Source: Bacilli bacterium (GTDB lineage: Bacteria; Bacillota_I; Bacilli_A; RFN20; CAG-826). From it: a stretch of DNA of 64,000 nucleotides. The position numbers were made by a program, and so were the translations under genes. The notes beneath the pieces were generated by a model. It was not told the origin of the DNA. It ran no database searches and saw nothing but the letters and a program-made list of their open reading frames with translations. The stretch is from assembly GCA_045130875.1 (NCBI GenBank), contig JBGUQI010000018.1, positions 7,508 through 71,507 of the forward strand, in the 5' to 3' direction. The number at the start of each line of letters is the position of its first letter. Within the stretch, counting starts at the first letter, position 1. This document shows, one piece after another, positions 17,962 to 27,907 of the stretch.

Positions 17962-19203
17962 ATGAAAGAGAAGATATTAGATTTTATTAATAAGAATTGG
18001 GTAAACACAATTGTTAGAGATAACAAAGAGTTACCTTATCCTTATAATTCCCCGAATACTGGTATGTATTCCGATTTTTATTATTGGGATCTATATTTCA
18101 TTAACAAAGGTTTGTTACTCACTAAAATGCCAGAACAAGCGGAGAACAATATCAAGGATATGGTGTACTTCGTTAATACCTTAGGATATGTTCCTAATTC
18201 TAATTCTGGTGATATGAGAAATAGAACCCAACCTCCAGTGTTAACACTGTGTGTTTATGATCTATATCAATATAAACAAGATAAGAACATTATCTATAAA
18301 TATATAGAAGCCTTATTAAAAGAACATGACTTCTTTCAAAAAAGAAGGATGACTAATATAGGTCTTAATGCCTATATGTGTGATGACTCCACGAATAAAT
18401 ATGATGAGATTATGAATCATTATAAATATCTCTCTAATAGAGTATATGAATATAGTGATAACCCCGATATTCAATATCAGATAGGGAGAGATATTATCGC
18501 TGTCGCGGAATCTGGTTTAGATTTTAACGCTAGATTTAAAACTAAAACTAGATTAATGGGGGCATCTGAATTTGCTCATTTAGATTTGAATTGTTGGTTA
18601 TATGCTGTAGAGATACGTCTAAGTGAAATGTTATCTATTATTGATAGAAGTAGTGAATCCAAAGAATTCTTATCTCTAGCTAATAAAAGAAAAGAATTAA
18701 TTGATAAATACTTCTTTGATAAGAAACAGGGTATATATGTTGATTATCATCTCAGTGATGGTAAACATTCTAAAGTTATTACCGCGGTATCTTTATACCC
18801 CCATGCGATGGGGATATCTAAAGATAAGGAATCCGCGTTAAAAGTATTTAATCTCTTAGAACAAGAATGCGGGGTTTCCACCGCGGCATATAGAGATGAG
18901 AAACAATATTATCAATGGGATTACCCCGTAATGTGGGGTGAGACTACATTTATCATATTCTTAGCATTACTTAATGTTGGTGAAATAGAATCCGCAAAGA
19001 GAGTCATGGATAAATATATATCTACGATAGAAAAACAGTTTAAGCTAACTGGTTTATTATGGGAGAAATATAATTCATTAGATGGCTCTATCATGAATGT
19101 AGAATATGATGCCCCTCCCTTTATGGGATGGACAGCATCTACATATCAGATATTTGCCTTAGAAGGCATAGATATAAAGTTACCTTATATTAAGATAATG
19201 TAA
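17962..19203 (+). CDS. glycoside hydrolase family 37 (trehalase)-like enzyme
   Basis: Contains trehalase signature-like YSDFYYWDLYF, QPPVL, ESGLDFNARF, DLNCWLY and YQWDYPVMWGE. Confidence 0.8.
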   Translation: MKEKILDFINKNWVNTIVRDNKELPYPYNSPNTGMYSDFYYWDLYFINKGLLLTKMPEQAENNIKDMVYFVNTLGYVPNSNSGDMRNRTQPPVLTLCVYDLYQYKQDKNIIYKYIEALLKEHDFFQKRRMTNIGLNAYMCDDSTNKYDEIMNHYKYLSNRVYEYSDNPDIQYQIGRDIIAVAESGLDFNARFKTKTRLMGASEFAHLDLNCWLYAVEIRLSEMLSIIDRSSESKEFLSLANKRKELIDKYFFDKKQGIYVDYHLSDGKHSKVITAVSLYPHAMGISKDKESALKVFNLLEQECGVSTAAYRDEKQYYQWDYPVMWGETTFIIFLALLNVGEIESAKRVMDKYISTIEKQFKLTGLLWEKYNSLDGSIMNVEYDAPPFMGWTASTYQIFALEGIDIKLPYIKIM

Positions 19204-19217
19204 GCAAGCAAAACAAT

Positions 19218-19241
19218 GTGGCACCTGGTTGCCACTTTTTA
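19218..19241 (+). terminator. rho-independent terminator
   Basis: GTGGCA-CCTGGT-TGCCAC stem followed by TTTTT. Confidence 0.7.
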
Positions 19242-19322
19242 TTTCATTTATAACTTATGCTGCGTGTTACGTGCATTATTAATATATAATAAAAAGCGAT
19301 TAATACATTGGAGGACAACTCT

Positions 19323-22300
19323 ATGAAAAGCCATGGCAAAAATATAATGATGCTCATTTCTCTTTCACTTGCTCTTGGGATTACAGGGTGTGGTGCACAA
19401 CCCAAACACCATTCTCATGAGATTGATGAAAGATATGTCGATGAAGAAGGCAATTTAACAGAACCAATTGATATTGCCACTCATAGTGAAGATGAGGGAC
19501 CGCATCAAGAATACAACAAAGGAATTGTACTAGTTAAAACTCCAGAAGAAGTTGATAAGGATTCTTTAAAACTTGATATTCAATCCGTTGAAAGAATTTA
19601 CCCTCAATCATCTTGGCACAAAATTATTTTAGACGGTGAAGATACGGTTTCTGCTGTTAAATATTTAAGAAGCACAAATATGTTCCAAAAGGTAGACTAT
19701 GACTATGTCATGGGTGTTTCTGCGGAAATTGAGTCAATCGATGTGTCGAGCAATCCATACGCTTCTGATTTATCTTACCTTGATACTATGTGTATCAACC
19801 AAGCATGGGGATATGGCTCTCAAAATCATTTGGGAGGACCTAATGGCGGTGGTTCATCCGATGTCATCATCGCTGTAATAGATACTGGTGTCGACTATAA
19901 CCATATTGATTTAAGAAACAATATTTGGACCAACACTGGCGAAATTCCAAATAATGGCATCGATGATGATAATAACGGATATATAGATGATGTTCGTGGT
20001 TGGGATTGCGTTAATGAAGATAATGAACCGTTAGACGATAATGGTCACGGCACTCATGTTGCCGGAATTGTGGCAGCTGAAAACAATTATGTTGGCACAG
20101 TTGGTGTTGCTTTCAACTGCAAAGTCATGCCCATTAAAGCAGGAAACAGTAGCGGCTATTTTATTAATTCAGATATTGCGCAAGCAATTCAATATGCCTA
20201 TATGAATGGTGCATCTGTTATTAATATGTCTTTTGGCGGATCATCCATTTCTCTTGCAATCGAAGATGCGTTGGTTGATGCTTATAACCAATGTATTTTG
20301 GTTGCAGCGGCTGGCAACAATTCATTGTGTAATCAACCCGATTGTATTGCACATCTTCAAAAAATGCCGTTTTATCCAGCGGCATTGTCTTATGTTATTG
20401 GCGTCATGTCTTGCAACAATGAAGGAACATGCATTTCATCCTTCTCTAATTTCGATCACTACCCATTTAATAAATATGAATATGAAGTATATGCATGTGG
20501 TGAACAGATAATATCTTCTTGGCCAAACAATAAGTATGCTAGATGTAGCGGCACTTCAATGGCGGCTCCGGTTGTCTCGGGTATTGCTGCATTATTAAGA
20601 AGCGCTTATCCAGATAGAGAAACGCATAGTCACAAATTTATTCAATCACAAATTGTTAATACAGGACCTATTTTGGATTTACAAAGGGTGGCCAATGCAT
20701 ATGATGCTTTAACAAAAGTTCCCACCCCATCGCTTAAACTTTACGATTATTATATTTTTGATAATAAATCCATAAATTCTTCTAATAACAATAATGGCAT
20801 TATTGATTCTGGCGAAACCATTCGAATAGCAATAGAACTTCAAAATAGGGGTGGTGTTGCTTCTGATGTCACTGCTTCAATTGATACAATTAGAAATGGA
20901 GATCCAAATCTTGTCGATCCAAACATCGAAATAATTAATGACACATTACATCTTAGTGATGTTGGAACATATTCAGTCAGGGATTGTGGAAAAATATATG
21001 AAAACAACAGCGTAGTTGGAACAAATCTTTATTTTGAGGTAACAATTTCAAATAATTGCCCGCACAATTATTTAATAAATATTAACTTGCATTTAAGTTA
21101 TGAAAACGGTCTTCAAAACGATGGAATAACTTATAGAACTGATAATACCATTTCTTTAAGTGTGGCTAACGGTGTCTATGTACCAATTACAATCAGTCAA
21201 GACATGGTGTTTTCTGGAGATAAAAAATACATTGTTTCAGATACTGTTGTAATTGGTTCGGGTGTGAATGTAACGTTTGAAGCTGGGGCCGACATTGTTT
21301 TTTATGAAAACAGTCAATCCTACATTGATAATCTATATAACAGCCCACGAATCAATGGAAGAAATGCGGAATCGCTTTCATTTATTGGAACAGCTGAAAA
21401 GCCAATAACAATTCATGTTTCTGAAATGTTTGAAGGATATGTTGGGTTTATTTTTGGCGCCACAACTTTTGATTACTGCAACATTATTAACATCGGATTA
21501 AGTACGCAGAATTTTTTGCATTCATCGGTTGAATTCCAGAGAAAATTAACAAGCGATAGAGTGCTTTCGTATAATCAAGGACAAGGAAACTCGAGCGGTG
21601 CACAAGTTGATGTCAGCTTCGCTCAATATTCTATCTTTAAAAATACACACTCAAAATTTGTAAACATCAATGTAACAGAAATGAGGAATTGTGTTTATTA
21701 TTTTGATTATTACAACGATGGAAATGGTGGAATTAATTATTCGTACAATAATTTATACATAGCTACAAAAAGCGATTTCACTTCATGCTTCAACATCTTA
21801 CAAATGGGTGCAAGCAGATCTTATGGTGATGCTTATATATATGATTTTAATACAAGAAAACTTGCTGATTTGCCAACACTAAAATTGAATAGTTATTCAG
21901 AAAATCCATATCTCTTTGGATTGTTTAAGGAGAAGGCGACCACTTTAGCTCCAGGCCATACTTATGTTGAAGAAAATGCGACAGAAGTTAATAAAGTTTG
22001 GCCTTTTATTAAAAACATTAGTATTCAGGATTCTAATGGTGAGCCAACAAATGTTGTGGGTGTTGGCGAGTATACGATTTCAATTGAATTTAATAGAAAT
22101 ATGAATACTTCTAAAGAAATAACTGTTGGTTATGGAACAATTGAACCATATTTTGATTATGTTATTGATGGAAGTTACGTTGTCGACAACATTTGGACTG
22201 GAACTTTTGAGAATAAAGCCGTTATTGAAAATGGCACACAATTTTTGAGGGTGGCTCACGCATTTGCAACTGTCGATGGTTTTGATATGGAATGTGTTAA

Positions 22301-23141
22301 TAATGGGCAATATTTCTCTTTCGATATTGATAAAACAAATGCATTATCAATGACTTTACAAGCCAATCCAGGGAACGAAGGCATTGAATTGATGTGGGCG
22401 CAAGATGATTATGATACTTTAATGGGATATAACATCTATCGTTCAACATCAAAAGATGGGAACTATTCTAAAATAAATCCTTCAATTATTCCTGCTGGTG
22501 AAAATACATATCTAGATGATAGTTGTGAACCAGGTCAAACATATTGGTATACATTTACTGTAGTTTTGAGTGATTTTAGTGAATCTGCACCAGCGGGTAA
22601 AGTTTCAGCTACTGCAAGAGATACTATCGCGCCAACAATTTATCACACGCCAGTAAATCAGGGATATGCCAATAATAATTTGACCATATCTTGTACTATA
22701 AGTGATAACATAGCGGTGCAATCTGCTACGTTATATTATCGAACAACAGGCGATAGTGAATGGAAGTCTCTGACAATGATGAAAGCGAATAATCGTTTCA
22801 GCGCGGTCATTTTTGGTAGTGAAGTGACAATGGATGGACTCCAATATTACATCTCCGCTACTGATGGCACCAATACAGTGACGCGTGGAAGTGCGGAATC
22901 ACCATTCACAATCGTTGTTAAAGATCCATCTACATTGAATAATATGGGTGATGTTGATGGTGATGGTGTTATCACCACAAAAGATGCTTTGATGATTATT
23001 AAAGCCATCAATGATGAAATCATTTTGACAGACGATCAATTCCATCGCGCGGATTTAAATGGAAATAATGAATTATCATCATCTGAAGCCTTGAGAATTC
23101 TTCAATATGTCAATGGCAACGTCACTACATTAGAAATGTAA
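19323..23141 (+). CDS. subtilisin-like S8 serine protease; lipoprotein with Fn3-like module and C-terminal dockerin
   Basis: GGAGGA RBS, then ATG at 19323. Lipobox LALGITGC. Catalytic triad motifs VIDTGVDYNH, HGTHVAG and SGTSMAAPVVSG. Dockerin at the C-terminus. Confidence 0.9.
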   Translation: MKSHGKNIMMLISLSLALGITGCGAQPKHHSHEIDERYVDEEGNLTEPIDIATHSEDEGPHQEYNKGIVLVKTPEEVDKDSLKLDIQSVERIYPQSSWHKIILDGEDTVSAVKYLRSTNMFQKVDYDYVMGVSAEIESIDVSSNPYASDLSYLDTMCINQAWGYGSQNHLGGPNGGGSSDVIIAVIDTGVDYNHIDLRNNIWTNTGEIPNNGIDDDNNGYIDDVRGWDCVNEDNEPLDDNGHGTHVAGIVAAENNYVGTVGVAFNCKVMPIKAGNSSGYFINSDIAQAIQYAYMNGASVINMSFGGSSISLAIEDALVDAYNQCILVAAAGNNSLCNQPDCIAHLQKMPFYPAALSYVIGVMSCNNEGTCISSFSNFDHYPFNKYEYEVYACGEQIISSWPNNKYARCSGTSMAAPVVSGIAALLRSAYPDRETHSHKFIQSQIVNTGPILDLQRVANAYDALTKVPTPSLKLYDYYIFDNKSINSSNNNNGIIDSGETIRIAIELQNRGGVASDVTASIDTIRNGDPNLVDPNIEIINDTLHLSDVGTYSVRDCGKIYENNSVVGTNLYFEVTISNNCPHNYLININLHLSYENGLQNDGITYRTDNTISLSVANGVYVPITISQDMVFSGDKKYIVSDTVVIGSGVNVTFEAGADIVFYENSQSYIDNLYNSPRINGRNAESLSFIGTAEKPITIHVSEMFEGYVGFIFGATTFDYCNIINIGLSTQNFLHSSVEFQRKLTSDRVLSYNQGQGNSSGAQVDVSFAQYSIFKNTHSKFVNINVTEMRNCVYYFDYYNDGNGGINYSYNNLYIATKSDFTSCFNILQMGASRSYGDAYIYDFNTRKLADLPTLKLNSYSENPYLFGLFKEKATTLAPGHTYVEENATEVNKVWPFIKNISIQDSNGEPTNVVGVGEYTISIEFNRNMNTSKEITVGYGTIEPYFDYVIDGSYVVDNIWTGTFENKAVIENGTQFLRVAHAFATVDGFDMECVNNGQYFSFDIDKTNALSMTLQANPGNEGIELMWAQDDYDTLMGYNIYRSTSKDGNYSKINPSIIPAGENTYLDDSCEPGQTYWYTFTVVLSDFSESAPAGKVSATARDTIAPTIYHTPVNQGYANNNLTISCTISDNIAVQSATLYYRTTGDSEWKSLTMMKANNRFSAVIFGSEVTMDGLQYYISATDGTNTVTRGSAESPFTIVVKDPSTLNNMGDVDGDGVITTKDALMIIKAINDEIILTDDQFHRADLNGNNELSSSEALRILQYVNGNVTTLEM
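22947..23138 (+). other. type-I-like dockerin module (two Ca-binding repeats) at the C-terminus of the S8 protease
   Basis: GDVDGDGVITTKDALMIIKAIN ... ADLNGNNELSSSEALRILQYVNG is a duplicated EF-hand-like dockerin segment. Confidence 0.8.
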
Positions 23142-23148
23142 ATAATTT

Positions 23149-24858
23149 ATGAAAAAATTAGCGTTATCATTTTTAACATTAGGATTTGTTTTACCTTTAT
23201 CAGTTTTACCAAGTAAAACATCTTTTGAAATGGCTAACGCTGAAGGCGAAGAAAACAAAATTACATTATCTTGTAATGATAACTTAGCGGAGGGCAGTCA
23301 ATACTATGCTTCTGTTTCATTAAGCAATTACGAAGAAGTAAGCGCTTTATCATTGCAAGTTTATTTCAATAACGATGTGGTGACCATTAATGGCACCTAC
23401 AACACTTTGTCATCATCAGAAGTATCGATTTATGATTCATCTGTAAATGATGACAATATTGCATATTCATATATTTTTAAATCTATAGATACAAATGTTT
23501 CACACCAACTATTTAATTTCTACTTCACAGTTAAAAATGGTGTAACCGCTGGCGATTATTATTTTGATGTGGTGGTTACAGAAGCATACAACAGCTCTCT
23601 TGATGATGTTGAGATTAATATATCAAGGAAGTATTTCCATGTTACAAATAAGACTCAGCTCAAAAGTGCTTATGCTTATCTATCAACTAGTAGCTCTATA
23701 AACAAGTCTATTGATGATGAATTTGAGTTTACTTACTATATAAATTCTTATGAACCATCAAGTGGTGAATATATTATTGCTTACGATGATCAACTATTTG
23801 AATTTGTCTCATTAACAAAGTTAAGTTTCTTTGACAACATGCTGTGTGATTATAACGCGAGTGGTGTTGGGCAAATTCACGTTACTTTTGCGGCAATAAA
23901 TCAGGCCACAAATCAATATTTGTTCAAAATCAAATTAAGAGTAATTGCTAATGTCACAACAAGTTCACAAATAACATTAACCGCAAGTGAACTATATGAT
24001 ACTGAAATGAACCCAATGACGTTTGGTGCTAGTGCACTAACTGTTAACTTAACTTTTGATTCATCTTATGTTGAACATCCAAAAATGGAAACCAGTTATA
24101 CACTAGATACGGTTAATAAAGAAATTTCATTAGACATCACATTAGAAGCTGATTCACATTTAGGCGCTGGCGACTTTATATTAACGTTTGATAAAACGAT
24201 TGTTACATACGTTAGTTATACTAAACACTTCTCACCGACATCATTCACCGTGAATGATAAAGAACAACAATTAGATCAAGGTAGAGTGAAATTCTCAATT
24301 ATTTCTACAACAGATATTATTGATGCTACAGATGTTATTACATTTGTCTTCTCTTATAACGAATCAAGTCAAATTCAACATGCTGTATTCAATTTATCGG
24401 GTAGTGGATTAACTGATTCATTAACGGCCCCTATTGAGTTAGATATATCTGGTACGGAATTTGATATTACTGCGACTGATTTCATCCTTAGATGGTCTAT
24501 TTCGTATCTTTATATGGAAGATGAATCATTTATTGGTAATGGAACAGGAAGATGTTTGTCAGAGGGCCTTTATGTTACCGCTAAAAGAGAACTATTAAAA
24601 CTTGATGAATATTCAATTAACAATTTCACTAACAATGTTAATAACAAATATACAGATGAGCTTGCTCGTTACCTAGCATGGGCATCTGCCTGTGGAGATA
24701 TATCTCCATTTGAAGGAGACGATATTATTCGTTTAAATGGTTCCACAGCTATTAATAAAAACAACGTATCACTTGTTGTTATAATTATTGCTTTTGCAAC
24801 TTCTATTTTGTCTCTCTCCTTTGTGTGCATTATGAAAGCAAAAAGAAAAGCATTATAA
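23149..24858 (+). CDS. membrane-anchored scaffoldin-like protein with three cohesin-like modules
   Basis: Signal peptide, then three ~130-aa modules with cohesin-like patterns (ASVSLSNYEEVSALSLQVYFNNDVV; YIIAYDDQLFEFVSL; GAGDFILTFDKTIVTYVSY). C-terminal TM helix plus KAKRKAL. Confidence 0.7.
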   Translation: MKKLALSFLTLGFVLPLSVLPSKTSFEMANAEGEENKITLSCNDNLAEGSQYYASVSLSNYEEVSALSLQVYFNNDVVTINGTYNTLSSSEVSIYDSSVNDDNIAYSYIFKSIDTNVSHQLFNFYFTVKNGVTAGDYYFDVVVTEAYNSSLDDVEINISRKYFHVTNKTQLKSAYAYLSTSSSINKSIDDEFEFTYYINSYEPSSGEYIIAYDDQLFEFVSLTKLSFFDNMLCDYNASGVGQIHVTFAAINQATNQYLFKIKLRVIANVTTSSQITLTASELYDTEMNPMTFGASALTVNLTFDSSYVEHPKMETSYTLDTVNKEISLDITLEADSHLGAGDFILTFDKTIVTYVSYTKHFSPTSFTVNDKEQQLDQGRVKFSIISTTDIIDATDVITFVFSYNESSQIQHAVFNLSGSGLTDSLTAPIELDISGTEFDITATDFILRWSISYLYMEDESFIGNGTGRCLSEGLYVTAKRELLKLDEYSINNFTNNVNNKYTDELARYLAWASACGDISPFEGDDIIRLNGSTAINKNNVSLVVIIIAFATSILSLSFVCIMKAKRKAL

Positions 24859-24889
24859 ATGTTCCTAAAGCGTTAAATAAGAATAATAC

Positions 24890-24927
24890 GTTCCCTGGTC
24901 AATTCACTGATTAAGGGAACTTTTTTC
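24890..24927 (+). terminator. rho-independent terminator
   Basis: GTTCCCT ... AGGGAAC 7-bp stem followed by TTTTTT. Confidence 0.6.
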
Positions 24928-25062
24928 TTTTTAGATATATGGGTGATAAAATAGTTCACATGGAACTATCCAAAAAGATTGAGAAGTTAAGAAAGAAAAA
25001 GGGTATAGATAATGAACCGAGAGGTTTGAGAACAATATTAAAAAGCGATAGTGGAGGAAATT

Positions 25063-25239
25063 ATGTTTGTAAAAATAAAAGTAAAGGGATATTTGGGGTC
25101 ACCATTTGAGTCCATGGTTAACACAAAATACATATCTATAATCAATTTAGAAAAAAAGATTATTTGTCTTAATAATATTGACCTTACCGTTATTGAGGGT
25201 TTTGACGATCTATTAAGTGCTATTAAAAGCGAGGAATAA
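25063..25239 (+). CDS. small hypothetical protein (58 aa)
   Basis: GGAGG at 25053-25057, ATG at 25063. No motif recognised. Confidence 0.45.
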   Translation: MFVKIKVKGYLGSPFESMVNTKYISIINLEKKIICLNNIDLTVIEGFDDLLSAIKSEE

Positions 25240-25287
25240 ATACCAGGAAACCAATAAATTGAATTATAATATTTCCATATTAACTAG

Positions 25288-26409
25288 GTGATCAACGCAC
25301 CGTTTGTAGCAAAAATAGCATTTATGGATTTTCAAAGGCTAATTAATCAAAAGATTATTCTTAAAGATGGTAGCAAATCTATTATTGAGGATGTGACTCC
25401 CACAAATAAGATAGATGATGTTTTTATATCTTTAGATAACGGTAAAAAACTAAAACTGAGATTTGTTTTAGAAAAAGAAATCATTAGGTTTGCAGATAAA
25501 GATATTCAAAATGAATTATTAAGTCTTATTAATGTTCATTTAGAACAAGAAGCCACAAAGAATTCTGAAATAGAAGAAGCTTATCAATCTGCGGTTGCAA
25601 GTAATAAGCAAAAAGCCATCAATGAATTAAAAGATAAAGTGGTGCATCCTACCTATCATAGGACAAAACAATATCCTAATGTCATTAAAGGTAACAACGT
25701 TGCTTACAAAGCTACATATTGTGATGGTAATGGTGATTGGTTTAAGGCACCATGTTCCATTAATTGTCGAAGATATAATTGTTCTTCTTATGGAGGATTC
25801 TTTTGTAAAACCAATTCTTTATGTAAAGAAGTATTGGATGGCAAGAAAGATGAATCCATTATTCAAGATCAATATAGTAGTGGATTTCTTTGTTATGAAT
25901 CTAGATTATTAATTGATTACACCATATATGCCGGTAGAACCGGCCATGATGAACCTAAAGGTTGGTCTTTAGGATCAAAGAAATTAGTTGTTCTAACAAC
26001 TATTAAACCTGGATATGGCGAAATCGATAGAGTCATCTTTGGTGCTTTCCTTGTTGAAAGAGCGTTTGATAAGACATTAGAAAAAGAAGCTCACGCAGTT
26101 GCATATCAAGAATATAGAATTGCTTTAACTGAAGAAGAATCTGAACAGATGAAATATTGGGACTATGCACCAGGAGATAATGGTGCAAGACCAATTCAAT
26201 GGACAGAGAACTTAACTAGAAAACGCACAGATGATGAATGTGCCTCTATCCTTTATGATTTAGTGAATATCATTAAGAATAGAAATAACAAAGAAGAATC
26301 CGCTAAAGCGGAAGCATTCTTAAATAAGTATTTAGAACTAATACATAGAACTGTAGAAGACATCAAACCCAAAAATGGCGCAAGATTACAGTATTTAAAA
26401 AACAGATAG
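25288..26409 (+). CDS. Cys-rich uncharacterized protein (373 aa)
   Basis: The central cluster YCDGNGDWFKAPCSINCRRYNCSSYGGFFCKTNSLCKEV suggests metal binding. The start is uncertain (GTG at 25288 or ATG at 25324). The stop lies 3 nt before the next gene. Confidence 0.6.
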   Translation: MINAPFVAKIAFMDFQRLINQKIILKDGSKSIIEDVTPTNKIDDVFISLDNGKKLKLRFVLEKEIIRFADKDIQNELLSLINVHLEQEATKNSEIEEAYQSAVASNKQKAINELKDKVVHPTYHRTKQYPNVIKGNNVAYKATYCDGNGDWFKAPCSINCRRYNCSSYGGFFCKTNSLCKEVLDGKKDESIIQDQYSSGFLCYESRLLIDYTIYAGRTGHDEPKGWSLGSKKLVVLTTIKPGYGEIDRVIFGAFLVERAFDKTLEKEAHAVAYQEYRIALTEEESEQMKYWDYAPGDNGARPIQWTENLTRKRTDDECASILYDLVNIIKNRNNKEESAKAEAFLNKYLELIHRTVEDIKPKNGARLQYLKNR

Positions 26410-26412
26410 TTT

Positions 26413-27666
26413 ATGGATGAACATTTAAATATCTTTTATCCCTATTCATTAAAAGAAAGTGACGCTATTAAGGAAGACAACATCACCAGAGCGGCACTTA
26501 TTTCTTTTGATGATATGAAACAAGATGAAAAGATTTGCTTTATTAATAAATTAATAAGTAAAAACATATTATCCAATAAGAATTATAGATTTGAAATTGA
26601 ATTACAACCCACGAGCAGCATAAAACAAGACTGCCAAAAGTTTTTAGTGGGATTTTGTCCAAATGGTAAAGTGGGAGAATATGATTCTTTTGATAATAGT
26701 GTGAACGCTATATATCACGCACCTATCGATCATGATGCTAGACCAGATGGTCAAATCAGTGTTTATGATGGAGATGAATTAGTTGCGGTTATTATATTTG
26801 AGAATAAATTACATAATTTATCTGCCAACCAATTAAAAAGGCATTTTGAATTGATTCTCAATATTACTGATAGAGAAGAAATATCCAATTCTTTGGTGCT
26901 GATTAACTACATAAAATTCTTCTCTCTTTTTAAAGATTCAGAATCAGTTTTATGTAAGAATCTTTTAGAGTTTATGAATATAAATGGTTATATAAAGCCA
27001 GAGTGTTTTAATGATGTTTTGAGATCCAAATATCACAAAAAAGCCAATATTGAATATTTGCTTGGTAAAACCCTTGATATGGTTTGCCGTAGTGGTAAAA
27101 GAGAAAGACAAACTGGATGGGGGGAAATCATCAACATTAAAGACTTAAACCAATGTATTGATATGATTGGTCTTATCTATTATGAGGGTGATGATACGGT
27201 TCGTCTGTGTTTGAAGTTTGCTTCAAGAATGACATCTGCAAGAAGATTCTATTCACACTTAAAAGAAAAGAATATCCATCCAAATAAAGACTTTACTGCA
27301 GAGTTTTGCCTCGGCTATTGGAAAGGGTATATTGAAAGAAGTTTTATAAAAATTAATGATACTAATAAATATATTCAATATTTATTTAATAATATCTCCA
27401 AAATCAAACAATACGAACTTTGTGAGTTAAAACCTTTCATTAAAGATTTAACAACCAAGACAAATACAGAGTTTGATCCTAACAACTATTGCTATGGCGA
27501 CAAGAGATTAACTCATGGTCACATCAATGTCGTTCCTACACTTGACTATTCCAAATATTGGAAGTTGGATGATTTAAAAGAAAAGACCATAGAAGAATTT
27601 GCTAGAGAAGTTGAGCAGTTGATTAATGATTGTTCAAGGCAACTTGATTTAAAAATAGTTTATTGA
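26413..27666 (+). CDS. PD-(D/E)XK-type nuclease candidate (417 aa)
   Basis: ARPDGQISVYDGDELVAVIIFENKLHN gives PD ... E-x-K spacing typical of restriction-endonuclease-fold enzymes. The rest is unassigned. Confidence 0.6.
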   Translation: MDEHLNIFYPYSLKESDAIKEDNITRAALISFDDMKQDEKICFINKLISKNILSNKNYRFEIELQPTSSIKQDCQKFLVGFCPNGKVGEYDSFDNSVNAIYHAPIDHDARPDGQISVYDGDELVAVIIFENKLHNLSANQLKRHFELILNITDREEISNSLVLINYIKFFSLFKDSESVLCKNLLEFMNINGYIKPECFNDVLRSKYHKKANIEYLLGKTLDMVCRSGKRERQTGWGEIINIKDLNQCIDMIGLIYYEGDDTVRLCLKFASRMTSARRFYSHLKEKNIHPNKDFTAEFCLGYWKGYIERSFIKINDTNKYIQYLFNNISKIKQYELCELKPFIKDLTTKTNTEFDPNNYCYGDKRLTHGHINVVPTLDYSKYWKLDDLKEKTIEEFAREVEQLINDCSRQLDLKIVY

Positions 27667-27706
27667 TTTTCTTAAAAAACGCCATTAGTTGGATAAATCT
27701 AACTGA

Positions 27707-27729
27707 TTCCATATTAATGGAATTTTTTA
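27707..27729 (+). terminator. rho-independent terminator
   Basis: TTCCAT-ATTA-ATGGAA stem followed by TTTTTT. Confidence 0.6.
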
Positions 27730-27907
27730 TTGTCCGTTTTTTGGTACACGGCATTTGATATTTGTATATTAAAAGCGTATGTTCCTTGGATAGAAATAGT
27801 TAAAAAACGATTTCCCATGTGTTACACTTTAAGAAATAAATTATTAAATTTCTTTCTTTTTTGTAAGACCAGTTCTTCTTAAAGGAAAAAACTCTGAGGT
27901 ATTTATA

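Noticed and set aside
24939-25109. 56-codon ORF (MGDKIVHMELSKKIEKLRKKKGIDNEP...) that begins like an XRE regulator
   Set aside because: Only the first ~20 residues resemble an HTH_XRE N-terminus, and the rest diverges. It overlaps the better-supported 25063 ORF, which has a GGAGG RBS. It may be a gene remnant, but the evidence is too weak to annotate.
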